DNA from: Gemmatimonadaceae bacterium
GTDB taxonomy: Bacteria > Gemmatimonadota > Gemmatimonadetes > Gemmatimonadales > Gemmatimonadaceae
Assembly (NCBI GenBank): GCA_051859245.1
Contig: JBHYGA010000001.1
Coordinates: 416,001-480,000 of the forward strand
Direction: 5' to 3'
Length of the DNA: 64,000 bases
The notes under the pieces are model-generated. The model ran no database searches. It was not told where the DNA came from and saw only the letters and a list, made by a program, of their open reading frames with translations. Positions 38,543 to 49,208 of the stretch are shown here, in pieces. Position numbers and translations under genes: made by a program. The first letter of the stretch is position 1. Every line of letters starts with the position of its first letter.

Positions 38543-40624
38543 ATGCGCCGTCTGCTCGCGCTCGTTGTCCCGACTCTGCTCTGCACGGTCATCACGCCGT
38601 CACGAGCGACAGCACAAACCCGCACGCTATCCGCCGCTGACATTTTTCACATGGAGTACGCGGCGGATCCAGCCATCTCTCCCGATGGCGAGTGGGTGGC
38701 GTACGTGCGGCGCTGGAGTGATCCGATGACGGATCGTCGCTACAGCAACATCTGGGTGGTGAAGCGCGACGGCAGCGGCCACCGCGCGATCACGTCGGGC
38801 AAATACAACGAGAACACACCGGTATGGTCGCCAGACGGAAAGCGACTCGCATTTGTCTCTGACCGCGGTGATCGCGCACAGCTCTGGGTGCGCTGGATGG
38901 ACACCGGTGACGCGCTCGCGATCACCAACGGCAGTGAAGCACCGAGTGCGCCGGCGTGGTCGCCTGATGGCACACAGCTCGCGTTCTTCAAACTGGTGCC
39001 GCAGCCGGCGCTGGTGATTGGTGCACCGCTCAAGCCGCCGGCCGGAGCCACGTGGTCGGCCGCGCCCAAATACACCGATCGCCTTGTGTTCCGACAAGAT
39101 CAGATTGGCGAACTGCCAACGGGCTTTGTCCACGCGTTTGTCGTGCCATCTGATGGCGGCACGCCACGACAGATCACCAGTGGCGACTTTCATCATGGTG
39201 GTCAGGTGTTTGGCGGCGGCACACTCGCCTGGACGCCCGACGGCGCGGAGCTCGTACTGCCTGCGCGACGCGGCGATAATCCGGAATGGAACGCACGCGA
39301 AACGGATCTGTATGCGTTTCCCGTGAGCAATGGCAACGTTCGTCAACTCACGAAACGCTTTGGTCCCGACATGAGCCCGGCGATTTCTCCAGACGGGCGG
39401 TTCATTGCGTATGTCGGGTACGACGATCGCAAGCAGGGCTATCAGAACACGCTGTTGTACGTGATGAATCGCGACGGGACAGGTATTCGTGCGATCTCGG
39501 AAAAGATGGATCGCAGCGTGTCGAGCCCGGTGTGGAGCAGTGACGGACGCACTATCTATGTGGCGTTCGATGACGAGGGCAACACAAAAGTTGCGCGTGT
39601 ATCGCTCGACGGCGCATACACGGTGGTCGCACGAGATCTCGGCGTGGGAAGTTCTGCGTACAGCGGAGGCAGTTTTTCCGTGTCGCAGCGGGGCAGCATG
39701 GTCGTAACGGCGAGTACACCCGTTATGCCGTCTGAGCTGGTGTTGTTGCCCGCGCCGGCAAGTGCGCGTTCAAGCGCACCGCCAACGCCCGTCACGCTGA
39801 CGTCGATCAACGCCGATGTGCTCGCTGGCAAAACGCTCGGCGCCGTGGAAGAGATCTGGTACGAATCGTCAAAAGACAAGCGCAGGATTCACGGCTGGAT
39901 TATCAAGCCGCCCAACTTTGATCCCTCGCGCAAATATCCGCTGATTCTCGAAATTCACGGCGGACCATTTGCCAACTATGGTGATCGCTTTGACGAAGAA
40001 AAGCAGATTATGGCGTCGGCGGGTTTCGTGGTGCTGTACACGAATCCGCGTGGCAGTACGAGTTACGGTGAAGAGTTTGGCAATCTGATTCATCACACGT
40101 ATCCAGGCGACGATTTTTACGATCTCAACGCCGGTGTGGACGCGGTGATTGCGAAGGGTTACATCGACGAGCGCAATCTGTTTGTCACCGGTGGCAGCGG
40201 TGGTGGTGTGCTGACTGCGTGGATGATTGGGCAGACGGATCGCTTTCGTGCGGCGCTCGCGTTTTATCCCGTGATTAACTGGGAGAGTTTTGCACTGACG
40301 GCCGACATGGCGCCGAGTGCGGTGAACAACTGGTTTCCGGGCTTTCCGTGGGATCACCCGGAGAACTATGCCAAGCGCTCACTGCTATCGGTGGTGAAGA
40401 ATGTGAAAACGCCCACGTTGATCATGACCGGCGAAGAAGATTTCCGCACACCCATGTCGGAGTCGGAGCAGTATTACAAGGCGCTCAAAATGCGCGGCGT
40501 GGAGTCGGTGCTGGTGCGTGTGCCCGATGAACCGCACGGCATTCGACGTCGGCCGAGTCACGCCGCGTCGAAGCTGACCACGCTCGTAGGATGGTTCGAG
40601 AAGTATCGCGCGACGGTACAGTAG
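38543..40624 (+). CDS. S9 family peptidase (acylaminoacyl/dipeptidyl peptidase)
   Basis: Signal peptide, PD40 propeller, IHGGP, NPRGS, GGSGGG, GEEDFRTP, EPHG. Confidence 0.95.
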   Translation: MRRLLALVVPTLLCTVITPSRATAQTRTLSAADIFHMEYAADPAISPDGEWVAYVRRWSDPMTDRRYSNIWVVKRDGSGHRAITSGKYNENTPVWSPDGKRLAFVSDRGDRAQLWVRWMDTGDALAITNGSEAPSAPAWSPDGTQLAFFKLVPQPALVIGAPLKPPAGATWSAAPKYTDRLVFRQDQIGELPTGFVHAFVVPSDGGTPRQITSGDFHHGGQVFGGGTLAWTPDGAELVLPARRGDNPEWNARETDLYAFPVSNGNVRQLTKRFGPDMSPAISPDGRFIAYVGYDDRKQGYQNTLLYVMNRDGTGIRAISEKMDRSVSSPVWSSDGRTIYVAFDDEGNTKVARVSLDGAYTVVARDLGVGSSAYSGGSFSVSQRGSMVVTASTPVMPSELVLLPAPASARSSAPPTPVTLTSINADVLAGKTLGAVEEIWYESSKDKRRIHGWIIKPPNFDPSRKYPLILEIHGGPFANYGDRFDEEKQIMASAGFVVLYTNPRGSTSYGEEFGNLIHHTYPGDDFYDLNAGVDAVIAKGYIDERNLFVTGGSGGGVLTAWMIGQTDRFRAALAFYPVINWESFALTADMAPSAVNNWFPGFPWDHPENYAKRSLLSVVKNVKTPTLIMTGEEDFRTPMSESEQYYKALKMRGVESVLVRVPDEPHGIRRRPSHAASKLTTLVGWFEKYRATVQ

Positions 40625-40632
40625 GTTGTGGC

Positions 40633-41631
40633 GTGAGCACGAATAAGCGCGGGCGGTGGTGGCTCGTGGCGCTGTTCGTTCTGGCTGCAGTCGCTGTGGC
40701 CGGACCGCGCGCGCGAGTGGACGTGCCGGGTTTTGACTCAAGCGACGGCTTTTGGCCGAGCGAACTGCGCTCCTGGCCGTCTTGGCTCGCAGCGCGTGAA
40801 GGTGCGGCCGGTGTTGCCGACACCGCGAACGCTGCACGCGTCGTGTTCGCGAACGGGGACATGTTGCCAGCGCGTACGGCTTGGAGTGTGGTGTATCTGC
40901 ACGGTTTTTCCGCCACGCGACAGGAGACTGCACCGCTCGCCGAGCTGGTCGCGCAACAGCTCGGTGCGAACCTGTTCGAGGCGAGACTGCGCGGGCACGG
41001 CCTGCCTGGCGACTCCATGGGAGTCGTGGCAGCCGAAGACTGGCTACAGGACGCGCAGTTCGCGCTCGAGGCAGGGCGCCAGCTTGGCGACTCTGTACTG
41101 GTCATCGGGACATCGACCGGCGGCACGCTCGGCGTGTGGTTGGCTACGCTACCGCGTGCGCAGCGTGAAGGACTTGCGGCGCTCGTGTTGATATCGCCGA
41201 ATTTTGGGCCGGAGGATCCATCAGCCGCTGTGCTCACATGGCCGTGGGCGCAGCAGGTACTGCCTCGTTTCATGCCTTACCGCGAGTGGACACCGCGCAA
41301 CGATGAACAAGCGCGCTACTGGACCATTCGTTATCCGTCTGCGGCACTGTTCCCGATGCAGGCGTTGGTTGAGCACGTGCGTGAGCGCGCGCTCGACGAG
41401 TACGACACGCCAACGCTTGTGTTGTACAATGTGAATGACGAAGTGGTGGACGCGAAGCGGATCGAGGAGTGGATCGGCGAAGTGGCTCCAAGCACGAGCG
41501 TCCGCCTGCAACAGATTCGCGTCACGCCATTAGCCAGCGAAGACGGACATGTGCTCGCGGGTCGTATTGTATCGCCCAGTCAAACGCTGCCCATGCGCGA
41601 TCGCATTGTTGCATTCGTGCGGGGACGTTAG
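40633..41631 (+). CDS. Alpha/beta hydrolase (esterase/lysophospholipase-like)
   Basis: YLHGFSATRQE, GHG, GTSTGG, GHVLAGRI. Confidence 0.88.
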   Translation: MSTNKRGRWWLVALFVLAAVAVAGPRARVDVPGFDSSDGFWPSELRSWPSWLAAREGAAGVADTANAARVVFANGDMLPARTAWSVVYLHGFSATRQETAPLAELVAQQLGANLFEARLRGHGLPGDSMGVVAAEDWLQDAQFALEAGRQLGDSVLVIGTSTGGTLGVWLATLPRAQREGLAALVLISPNFGPEDPSAAVLTWPWAQQVLPRFMPYREWTPRNDEQARYWTIRYPSAALFPMQALVEHVRERALDEYDTPTLVLYNVNDEVVDAKRIEEWIGEVAPSTSVRLQQIRVTPLASEDGHVLAGRIVSPSQTLPMRDRIVAFVRGR

Positions 41632-41676
41632 CGGCAAAGTTTCTCCCGGATCATCGCGCGCAACCAGTGCAGAGAT

Positions 41677-42318
41677 CTACGCGACGAATCCGACGATCAC
41701 GCGGAGCACCCGCCACGCTGGACCGCTGCGCTCCAGCGATACTGTGTAGCTGCCGCCACACATGCCATCACATCCGAATGTGACATACACCAGAGCGCGC
41801 GTGTAATCGAGATTGTATCCAACCGACGTAAAGCCGACCAGCGTTTTTGCGGGCGCGAACTCGCGGTGAAAACGCTTCCAGTACGCACTGGTCGGCGTGA
41901 TGTATTTTTGCGGATCCGTTTGCTGGTCCCGTTCGGCCAATGCGTACATCTCAGCCAGCGACGCGCTGTCGGCGAGCGCAATGGTGGCGGCACTGTTCGC
42001 CTGAACGTCGGCGAATACCGGCCTGATGGTGCCAGCAGCTACGGCACGATCCCAGAAGTGTTTGGCAAACGCGCGATCGCCCTCGGCGAGGGAGTTGATG
42101 TCGCCTACAAATTCTTGCGCAACTCGATCCACGAGCAGCGATGTCAGTTGGTCCTCCACCACAACGCCACTCTTTCCGAGCGATTGGCGGGAGAAGAGCG
42201 AGTCGATCACGGCTGCGTAAACGGCGCCGTCGTGCAGGCGTTCGGCGCGGTCCTGCGGGGCGCAAGCGACGAGGCCGACGCTCGGAACTGCGATGAATGC
42301 GGAGACACGAAGGGGCAT
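41677..42318 (-). CDS. Hypothetical lipoprotein
   Basis: LVAC lipobox; C-terminal VGYNLDYTRALVYVTFGCDGMCGG motif. Confidence 0.7.
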   Translation of the reverse strand: MPLRVSAFIAVPSVGLVACAPQDRAERLHDGAVYAAVIDSLFSRQSLGKSGVVVEDQLTSLLVDRVAQEFVGDINSLAEGDRAFAKHFWDRAVAAGTIRPVFADVQANSAATIALADSASLAEMYALAERDQQTDPQKYITPTSAYWKRFHREFAPAKTLVGFTSVGYNLDYTRALVYVTFGCDGMCGGSYTVSLERSGPAWRVLRVIVGFVA

Positions 42319-42488
42319 GGCTGGACTTTCGCTCGTTTGATATACGATTCCGCGTGCCCTTCGATCAACGGACGCGCTCCGGTGGCGGTTTCCAGATTAC
42401 GTCCACGTCTTAAGAACAGCAATGTGGAAGCTAACCGCCGACTCGGCCCTGGTGTGCCGCCGGTGTCGACCGCGACTAGTTTGCATTC

Positions 42489-43418
42489 GTGAAGAAACGC
42501 CGATTTGCTCTGTTGGTGGCATTGCCGATGGCTGTGATCGCATCTGCCATCATGCTGTACACACCAGACGCCTCGCGCAGCGCGCTTGAGGCACGCTACC
42601 TTGAAGATCCCGCACACCTGCGCACCATCGCCGGCATGACGGTGCATGTGCGCGACAACGGACCGCGCGATGCTCCCGCGCTCATTCTGCTGCACGGTAT
42701 GGGCGCGAGCCTGGACACCTGGGAGCCGTGGGCGCGCGCGCTCGCTGACAGCTTTCGCGTCATTCGCTTTGACCTGCCCGGGCACGGTCTCACCCCCGCC
42801 GATCCCACCGGTGACTATCGCGACACACGCAGCCACGCGATTCTCGCTGCGCTCATGGACACACTCGGCGTCTCACGCGCCACGCTGATCGGCAACTCCA
42901 TGGGCGGCCGCATTGCGTGGTCATTCGCGGCGGAACGTCCGGAACGTGTCGACAAACTTGTACTCATTTCGCCCGACGGCTTTGCGAGTCCCGGGTTTGC
43001 GTACGACACACCCGCCGAGGTGCCGGCGTCGATGGGACTAATGCGTTATGTGCTGCCGCGGTGGATGCTGCGCATGACGCTTGCGCCGGCATATGCGAAT
43101 CCGGAGGTGATGACGGATAGTCTGGCCTCGCGGTATCACGACTTTTTGATAGCGCCTGGTGCACGAGAGGCGATGCTGGCGCGTATGCAGCAGACGGTGC
43201 TCAGGGATCCGGTGCCGCGACTAAAGCGCATTCAGGCAGAGACCTTGCTGCTGTGGGGCGAGCTTGATGCGATGATCCCGATCCGTAATGCGCAGGACTA
43301 TCTGGATGTGCTGCCGAACGCGCGGCTGGTGCGGCTGCCGGGGTTGGGGCATTTGCCGTTTGAGGAGGCGCCGGAACCTGCATTGACGCCGCTTCGCACA
43401 TTCTTGATCGGGCAGTAG
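42489..43418 (+). CDS. Alpha/beta fold hydrolase
   Basis: LLHGMG, DLPGHG, GNSMGG, WGELD, GHLPFEE. Confidence 0.93.
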   Translation: MKKRRFALLVALPMAVIASAIMLYTPDASRSALEARYLEDPAHLRTIAGMTVHVRDNGPRDAPALILLHGMGASLDTWEPWARALADSFRVIRFDLPGHGLTPADPTGDYRDTRSHAILAALMDTLGVSRATLIGNSMGGRIAWSFAAERPERVDKLVLISPDGFASPGFAYDTPAEVPASMGLMRYVLPRWMLRMTLAPAYANPEVMTDSLASRYHDFLIAPGAREAMLARMQQTVLRDPVPRLKRIQAETLLLWGELDAMIPIRNAQDYLDVLPNARLVRLPGLGHLPFEEAPEPALTPLRTFLIGQ

Positions 43419-43420
43419 CC

Positions 43421-43837
43421 CTACTTCAACCCACCCCGCGCCCGCGCAACCCTACCACCAAACCACGCGCTCGGCAGCGGCACCAGCACACTCGCCACCA
43501 TCATCCAGATCGGATGCGGCAACTGTACGAGATTGATGATCACCAGCACCAGACTGATCTGACCAATCACGAGTGCGGGCATCAACCCGCGGTTCGGCGC
43601 AAGCTTTGACGCAACGAATGCACCGCCAAAGTTGCCGGCCGCGTACGACAGCAGCACCATCAACATAGCGGTAATGGGTACGCCGCCGCCGGTGAGGTAA
43701 TTGCGCATCTGCATCATGTTGCTCGCGTCGATTCCGGGTGGCAGTGGGTGCATCAGTGTGCTGACAAACTGCACACCGGCAACGAGCGCCGTGTGAACGA
43801 TGAGGCCAATCAACAGCGCAAAGAGAAGGCGACCCAT
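43421..43837 (-). CDS. Hypothetical membrane protein (4 TM)
   Basis: GGAG SD; PLPPGID and C-terminal PHPIW motifs. Confidence 0.8.
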   Translation of the reverse strand: MGRLLFALLIGLIVHTALVAGVQFVSTLMHPLPPGIDASNMMQMRNYLTGGGVPITAMLMVLLSYAAGNFGGAFVASKLAPNRGLMPALVIGQISLVLVIINLVQLPHPIWMMVASVLVPLPSAWFGGRVARARGGLK

Positions 43838-44035
43838 CTGAACTCCGGTCCAAAGATGCAGGCAATCGACGCGCCGAGTTGAAGCGCCTAGCTCACCCGT
43901 CGGTATTCAATATGCGCCGTGTGCGTCAGATGCACTTCATGTCAGCGCATCAGGGAATCGTCGGTTGAACGCTACTTCCCGTGTTGGGTGTCGAAGAAGA
44001 GAGCATCGCGCCTTACTCACTCCCGGTCAATACGC

Positions 44036-45019
44036 GTGGCAACTCTCCCCATTCTCGGATCCATTCTGCTCGCCGTCAGCATACTCTCCGTAGCTGACCC
44101 TGACTTTACCGAGCGCGAAGTCGTCGTGGGGTCCGGCGAATGGTCCGTGCCCGGCGTGCTTACACTCCCCGCAGGCCGCAACGCGCGCGCAGCGGCAGTC
44201 CTGCTACACGGCTCCGGGCCCGGTCCGGCCGACAATCTCAAGGAAGAGGCGCACGGACTGGCACGTCGGGGCGTCGCCACGCTGCGCTACACAAAACGTC
44301 CAACCGCACATGCCGCCAGCTATCGTGCACTTGGGCGACGCGCCACGTTGGCTGAAGAACACATTGACGATGCCGTGCTCGCGACCGAGCTACTCAAGCG
44401 CGTCCCCGAAGTGGCTCGGTTGCCACTTTTCGTGATTGGGCACAGTCAGAGCACCGCGATCGCACCTCTTGTTGCTGAGCGTGTTGCCGGACTCTCCGGA
44501 ATCGTGCTCGTTGCTGCGTCGTCGCGGGCTCCCGCTGATATGATCGAATCGCAGGTGCGTTACGTTGGGCAACTCCCCACGGACAGCGCCGGAGCTGAGG
44601 ACGTGAAGCGGACCCTTGCCGCCGTCACCCAAATGCGCACCGCATCTACTCCCGATACCGCGCGTGTACTCGGATTGCCCATGTCGTACTGGCGAGAGCT
44701 GACGAACCTGAATGTGTTTCAGCTGACGCAATCGTTTCTCGCGCGCGAAGGTCGCTTGCTCGTGATTCACGGCGGACGCGACTATCTCGTGACGGATGCC
44801 GATTTTGACGCGTGGAAGGCTCGGTATGCGCATCAGCCGTTGGCACGCTTCATTCGATTTGCCGAGCTGAATCACATGATGCAGGCGGGCGAAGGTCGAA
44901 TGACACCTGCCGAATATTCAGAGGGTCGTCCGCTCTTTCCAGCGTATCTCGATTCGCTGTCGGTATGGATGCAGCAACCGGGACGCCGCTCGCATAGTGA
45001 GCGCGGCCGAAAGGATTGA
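44036..45019 (+). CDS. Alpha/beta hydrolase
   Basis: VPGVLTLP, LLHGSGP, GHSQS (atypical GxSxG), HGGRDYLV, LNH. Start uncertain. Confidence 0.85.
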   Translation: MATLPILGSILLAVSILSVADPDFTEREVVVGSGEWSVPGVLTLPAGRNARAAAVLLHGSGPGPADNLKEEAHGLARRGVATLRYTKRPTAHAASYRALGRRATLAEEHIDDAVLATELLKRVPEVARLPLFVIGHSQSTAIAPLVAERVAGLSGIVLVAASSRAPADMIESQVRYVGQLPTDSAGAEDVKRTLAAVTQMRTASTPDTARVLGLPMSYWRELTNLNVFQLTQSFLAREGRLLVIHGGRDYLVTDADFDAWKARYAHQPLARFIRFAELNHMMQAGEGRMTPAEYSEGRPLFPAYLDSLSVWMQQPGRRSHSERGRKD

Positions 45020-45035
45020 GTTACCGACTGATGTC

Positions 45036-45497
45036 TCACGGATCTGACCGCAGCAACTCCGCAAGCTTGGCGAGCGATTCGTTCCATCCAGCCTCATTAT
45101 CCGACGGCGCCACTCCTGGTGGCAGATTCTCGTGCACGGCCGTCAAGCGCGTGCCGTTGCCCTCCGGCTCGAGCTGCGTTGTGATTCGCATCTCGCCTTG
45201 CATTTGCGGGTCCGTTGTCTCGAACTCCATGCATTCCACAATGCGCTCGTGTTCGACGAGCTGCTCAAACCGTCCGTGATATGTGTCGGTATGCGCGCTC
45301 GACTTGCCCGTTGCATCCGGCGCATCGTACGTAAGCGACACGCGAAACACGCCGCCTTCGCGCGCCTCAAACTCATGCACCGCGCAGCGCATTCCCAACG
45401 GCACGCGCCAGCGCGGAATTAGCTGCGGGTCAAGCAGCGCCGCATACACGCTCGCGGGCGATGCGTTGATTCGAACTGAATGGTGTGTGGTTCCCAA
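45036..45497 (-). CDS. SRPBCC family protein
   Basis: INASPASVYAALLDP and NEAGWNESLAKLAEL. Confidence 0.9.
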   Translation of the reverse strand: MGTTHHSVRINASPASVYAALLDPQLIPRWRVPLGMRCAVHEFEAREGGVFRVSLTYDAPDATGKSSAHTDTYHGRFEQLVEHERIVECMEFETTDPQMQGEMRITTQLEPEGNGTRLTAVHENLPPGVAPSDNEAGWNESLAKLAELLRSDP

Positions 45498-45505
45498 GAA
45501 TCGTC

Positions 45506-47470
45506 CTACCTCGGCAACGCGTACGCCACAATCTCCGCCGGCTGTCCCGCCGCCGTTGTCGCAAATACCACGTACTGCCGGCCATTGTGCAGATACGTCA
45601 TCGGCAATCCCGACTGCGTACCACTCGGCACATCAAGTCGCGCAATGCGTGCACCTGTGCGCTTGTTCAGCACCCACAAGTTGCCAGTCCCCGCCGTACC
45701 CTCACCCGCGAACAACAGCGTGCGTGTCACCAGCAAGCCCGCACGCGACGCCTTGCCGGTATTCGGGATGCTAGCCGGCGGCAGCTGCAGTCGTTCAGCG
45801 ACATACGAAGGCGTGTCACCATTCGGCACCATCCACGCGTGGTCGCCGGTGGTGAGATTGATCGCCGTAATGCGACCCCAGGGTGGCTTCACAATGGGAA
45901 CACCTGGCGCGAGCTGCCCGCGTCCGCCACCGGCGATGTAGTTCATGTCAGACGCGCGACCACCAGCCACAAGCGAGAGAAATGACGGTGCCGTCACCGA
46001 CGGCACGTACAGGTATCCCGTTTCAGGATCGAGCGCGCCGCCTTCCCAGTTGGCACCACCGAGTGCAGATGGCAATGTGATCGTGCCTTTGGTGCTGTCG
46101 GCGGCGTTCTGCAGTGAGGGCGGGGAATACAGCGGCCCCCAGCGAAACTGACTCGCGATATCCTTGGCGCGCTTGAAAATCTCCGGCGTGAAATCGAGCA
46201 GATCGGACTCACTGAATCCCTGCCGTTCAAATGGCGCGGGCTTGGTGGGGAACGGTTGCGTAGGACTGTACCATTCGCCGGGCACGTCGCCTTTGGGAAC
46301 GGGTCGTTCTTCGATCGGCCAGATCGCTTCGCCCGTCACGCGATCAAGTACAAACACAAACCCTTGCTTCGTGATCTGCGCAATGATCTTTCGTGCGCGT
46401 CCGCCAATTGTCAGATCCGCGAGAATTGGTGCGTTGGTGTTGTCCCAATCCCAGATGTCGTGGTGAATGGTCTGGAAATGCCACACACGTTTGCCGGTGC
46501 GTGCGTCGAGTGTGAGAATGCTCGTGGAGAAGAGATTGTTGCCCGGCCGGTGTCCGCCGTAGTAATCGCCTGTGGCGGCTTCGGTCGGTAGATACACATA
46601 ACCAAGCTCTGCGTCCCACGAGATCTGCGCCCACACCGCCGTGTTGCCGGTGTAAGACCACGAACTGTCGAGCCACGTGTCGTTGCCAAGCTCGCCCGGC
46701 TCCGGAATCGTGTGAAACGTCCAGAGCAATCGTCCGGTGCGCGCATCGAATCCGCGTATGTCACCGGGAATGTTCACTTTTGACGGCGGACGCAGCCCCA
46801 CGTGCAACGCTGCGCCCACCACCAACACATCACCAATCACGGCTGCGGGCGAGCTCGCACCAATGGAGCCCACCGGTGACACGCCGTCGCGCGTGCGCAG
46901 ATTCTTGTGCAGGTCGACGATCCCGTTGCTGCCAAAGCCGCTGATCACGTTGCCCGTTGCAGCGTTGAGTGCAACGAGTTGGTAGCCCGGCGTGACCACG
47001 TAAATGCGATCATCTCCTTTGCCGTCCGACCAGAACGACACACCGCGCCCCGAGTTCACGCGCGGCGCTTCGGCGATGCGCTCGCCTTCGTCAATGCGAT
47101 AGGTCCAAACTGTTTCGCCAGTAGCCGGGTCAATTGCAACTACGTTGCGCCGAGTGCCGGCGGTGGCGTACAGCATGCCGTTGGCGAAGATGGGCGTAGT
47201 CTGGCTCGCGGCGAGCGGGTTGGGACCCTGATTGCGAGCACTCCAACGCCAGGCAACCGCCAGCTTATCGGCGTTTGACGAATCAATCTGATCAAGCGAC
47301 GAGTATCGCGTGTGCCCTGCATCTCCGCCGTACACACGCCACTCGGCGCCGGTGCCTCGCTGCGCACTGGCGAGTGCCGGGAGCGCTAGCGCAGCCACCG
47401 CAAGCGCAGCCAGCGCTGCGGTCGTGCCGCGTAACGCCACGGTGGGTCGGATCGCGAACAGTCGTGCCAT
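45506..47470 (-). CDS. PQQ-dependent dehydrogenase (quinoprotein glucose dehydrogenase-like, periplasmic)
   Basis: TRYSSLDQI, WHFQTIHHDIWDWD, YSPTQPFP, GGANWEG, KPPWGRITAI, PMTY. Confidence 0.9.
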   Translation of the reverse strand: MARLFAIRPTVALRGTTAALAALAVAALALPALASAQRGTGAEWRVYGGDAGHTRYSSLDQIDSSNADKLAVAWRWSARNQGPNPLAASQTTPIFANGMLYATAGTRRNVVAIDPATGETVWTYRIDEGERIAEAPRVNSGRGVSFWSDGKGDDRIYVVTPGYQLVALNAATGNVISGFGSNGIVDLHKNLRTRDGVSPVGSIGASSPAAVIGDVLVVGAALHVGLRPPSKVNIPGDIRGFDARTGRLLWTFHTIPEPGELGNDTWLDSSWSYTGNTAVWAQISWDAELGYVYLPTEAATGDYYGGHRPGNNLFSTSILTLDARTGKRVWHFQTIHHDIWDWDNTNAPILADLTIGGRARKIIAQITKQGFVFVLDRVTGEAIWPIEERPVPKGDVPGEWYSPTQPFPTKPAPFERQGFSESDLLDFTPEIFKRAKDIASQFRWGPLYSPPSLQNAADSTKGTITLPSALGGANWEGGALDPETGYLYVPSVTAPSFLSLVAGGRASDMNYIAGGGRGQLAPGVPIVKPPWGRITAINLTTGDHAWMVPNGDTPSYVAERLQLPPASIPNTGKASRAGLLVTRTLLFAGEGTAGTGNLWVLNKRTGARIARLDVPSGTQSGLPMTYLHNGRQYVVFATTAAGQPAEIVAYALPR

Positions 47471-47666
47471 CTATGTGCTCCACACGTTGTGAAGGAGTAT
47501 CGAAGCAAATCGAATGCGCCTCCAAGCTGCCGTGCGGGTGCCGGTCTCGCTAGGGAGTACCGCCCCCCCCCGTCTTCCGCTCCGCGAGCATTGGTGCAGA
47601 TTCTGCGCCATGAGACACTCTCGCCAACCGTTCCCGGTCGTGACGTCACGCGGGTTATGCCGGTGG

Positions 47667-48308
47667 GTGCGTACGCTGTTGGTACTGACGGCCACGTTGA
47701 CACAGGCGACGACGCTGTCTGCGCAAGCGCACCAACATGCCGCCGAGCCACGATCGCGTGACGCGCAACTGGAGTTGGTACTCGGCGGTCCGCACCTGAT
47801 TCTCTATCACCGCGGTTATCTCGCACTCGGAGACGCGCAAATCACCGGGCTGCAGCGTCTGCAACGCTCAGTGTGCGACGCGGAACAGTGGTACGTGGAA
47901 GAGACCGCGAGGTGGCGCAAGCGACTCGTCGTACTGCTTGATGACACGGCGCCGCTGCCGTCGAGAGCGACGATTGATGCGACGAAGCCCACACGTCTCA
48001 ACCAAGCGATGATCGACATCGCATCCGTTGAGTCCGCGTGGCTTACCGTGTTGCTGCACGCGCGCCGTGATGCATTAGCGCTGCTCACGGTAACGCAGCG
48101 TGCGCAACTCGAACAGTTACGCAACCACTGGCTGCGCGAGTCGGTGTTGATGATCGAAGAGGCCACGCGCCCCGGACAGCGCGGTCATCCGGGGACACAG
48201 ATTCCGATTCGGGTGCCAGGAATGGTTGTGCACACCACAACATTGTTGCCGCATTGTGAATCGCTGCACGGGCCGTCTCGCCACATTGTGATTCCGCCGC
48301 CGCGCTGA
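47667..48308 (+). CDS. Exported helical protein, Spy/CpxP/ZraP-like
   Basis: Signal-like N-terminus, LALGDAQITGL and LLTVTQRAQL (LTxxQ), His-rich termini. Start uncertain (47610 is an alternative). Confidence 0.5.
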   Translation: MRTLLVLTATLTQATTLSAQAHQHAAEPRSRDAQLELVLGGPHLILYHRGYLALGDAQITGLQRLQRSVCDAEQWYVEETARWRKRLVVLLDDTAPLPSRATIDATKPTRLNQAMIDIASVESAWLTVLLHARRDALALLTVTQRAQLEQLRNHWLRESVLMIEEATRPGQRGHPGTQIPIRVPGMVVHTTTLLPHCESLHGPSRHIVIPPPR

Positions 48309-48310
48309 GG

Positions 48311-48350
48311 ACGCGTTCAACACGCGTTCAACACGCGTGATGACACGCGA
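48311..48350. repeat. Short tandem repeat (ACGCGTTCAAC x2 plus degenerate copies)
   Basis: Read directly between convergent stops. Confidence 0.7.
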
Positions 48351-48359
48351 CCAAGCGCG

Positions 48360-49208
48360 TCAATCCGTGACTTTCACCTTCACATAGCCGTTCGTCCAGC
48401 AACATTGCTGACCCAGCGCACTATCTGTAATGCCAAAGTTGTCCACGCGCACGCGCAACATGTACTCACCGGGCGCGCTGAATCGTACGGACGTTGTCGC
48501 GTCGCCGCCGCCTGGTGCCGTCTTCGCAGTTTTCGGCGCAAACGTGACATCGCCAGGCCCCTGATGTTTGAACCACGACATGTTCACAGGAATCGGTTTA
48601 CGCTCGCCGCGATCTTCCATCCAGATGCGAATATCGAGCGCTGCACCGACGGCCACAGTGAGCGGACCAGTGATCACGCCCTCGCGACCCTCTGATGCGG
48701 GGCCGTCTGCTGCAAACCGCACCACCGGCATCATTGATCCGGCCGCCTGCGGCGTGTACGACAGCTTGTAGTAGTCACTCGTGGCGCGCCCCGGCACGGA
48801 GTATGTCACACCGTTATGCCGCAGCGTCCACACCACATCGCTTTTGTGTCCCTTGGGCACTCTCACCGCAAACGCGCCGCGCTCGCGTTTACCGCCGAAC
48901 GCGGAGTAGCTCACCACCGGGAAGTGTGTGGGTTGTAATCCCCCAAACTGCGCCGGCTCGATGCTGTTATCGGGCCCGATCGGTATGTCTATAGCGCCAC
49001 TGCGATTGCGGTTCATGAATCCGAACGACAGCGTGATGCTTCCATCGGGATTCGCGTACCAACCATCAAAGTACGGTGCGACGCCGGCGCCCGCGGGTGC
49101 GCTCGGCCCAAGCGGCAATCGCTCGCTCTGTTGCGCGGCGAGCGGCACTGCGATGGGCGCAGCGCTTGAGACAAACGTGCACAGCGCAACGATGGCGCGC
49201 AGTCTCAC
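48360..49208 (-). CDS. Conserved exported hypothetical protein (partner of the Cu-monooxygenase-like gene)
   Basis: Signal peptide; PYFDGWYANPDGS, FGFMNRN, QPTHF, Ig-like FSAPGEYMLRV, QQCCWTNG. GTGA overlap with the upstream gene. Confidence 0.8.
   Translation of the reverse strand: MRLRAIVALCTFVSSAAPIAVPLAAQQSERLPLGPSAPAGAGVAPYFDGWYANPDGSITLSFGFMNRNRSGAIDIPIGPDNSIEPAQFGGLQPTHFPVVSYSAFGGKRERGAFAVRVPKGHKSDVVWTLRHNGVTYSVPGRATSDYYKLSYTPQAAGSMMPVVRFAADGPASEGREGVITGPLTVAVGAALDIRIWMEDRGERKPIPVNMSWFKHQGPGDVTFAPKTAKTAPGGGDATTSVRFSAPGEYMLRVRVDNFGITDSALGQQCCWTNGYVKVKVTD

Noticed and set aside
42405..42470. Resemblance to half of an integron attC site (GAACAGCAATGTGGAAGCTAACC)
   Set aside because: There is no matching complementary half or GTTRRRY core, no integrase, and no repeated cassette structure.
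48311..48350. Short repeats as a possible CRISPR remnant
   Set aside because: The units are 11-12 bp with no spacers, and there are no cas genes.
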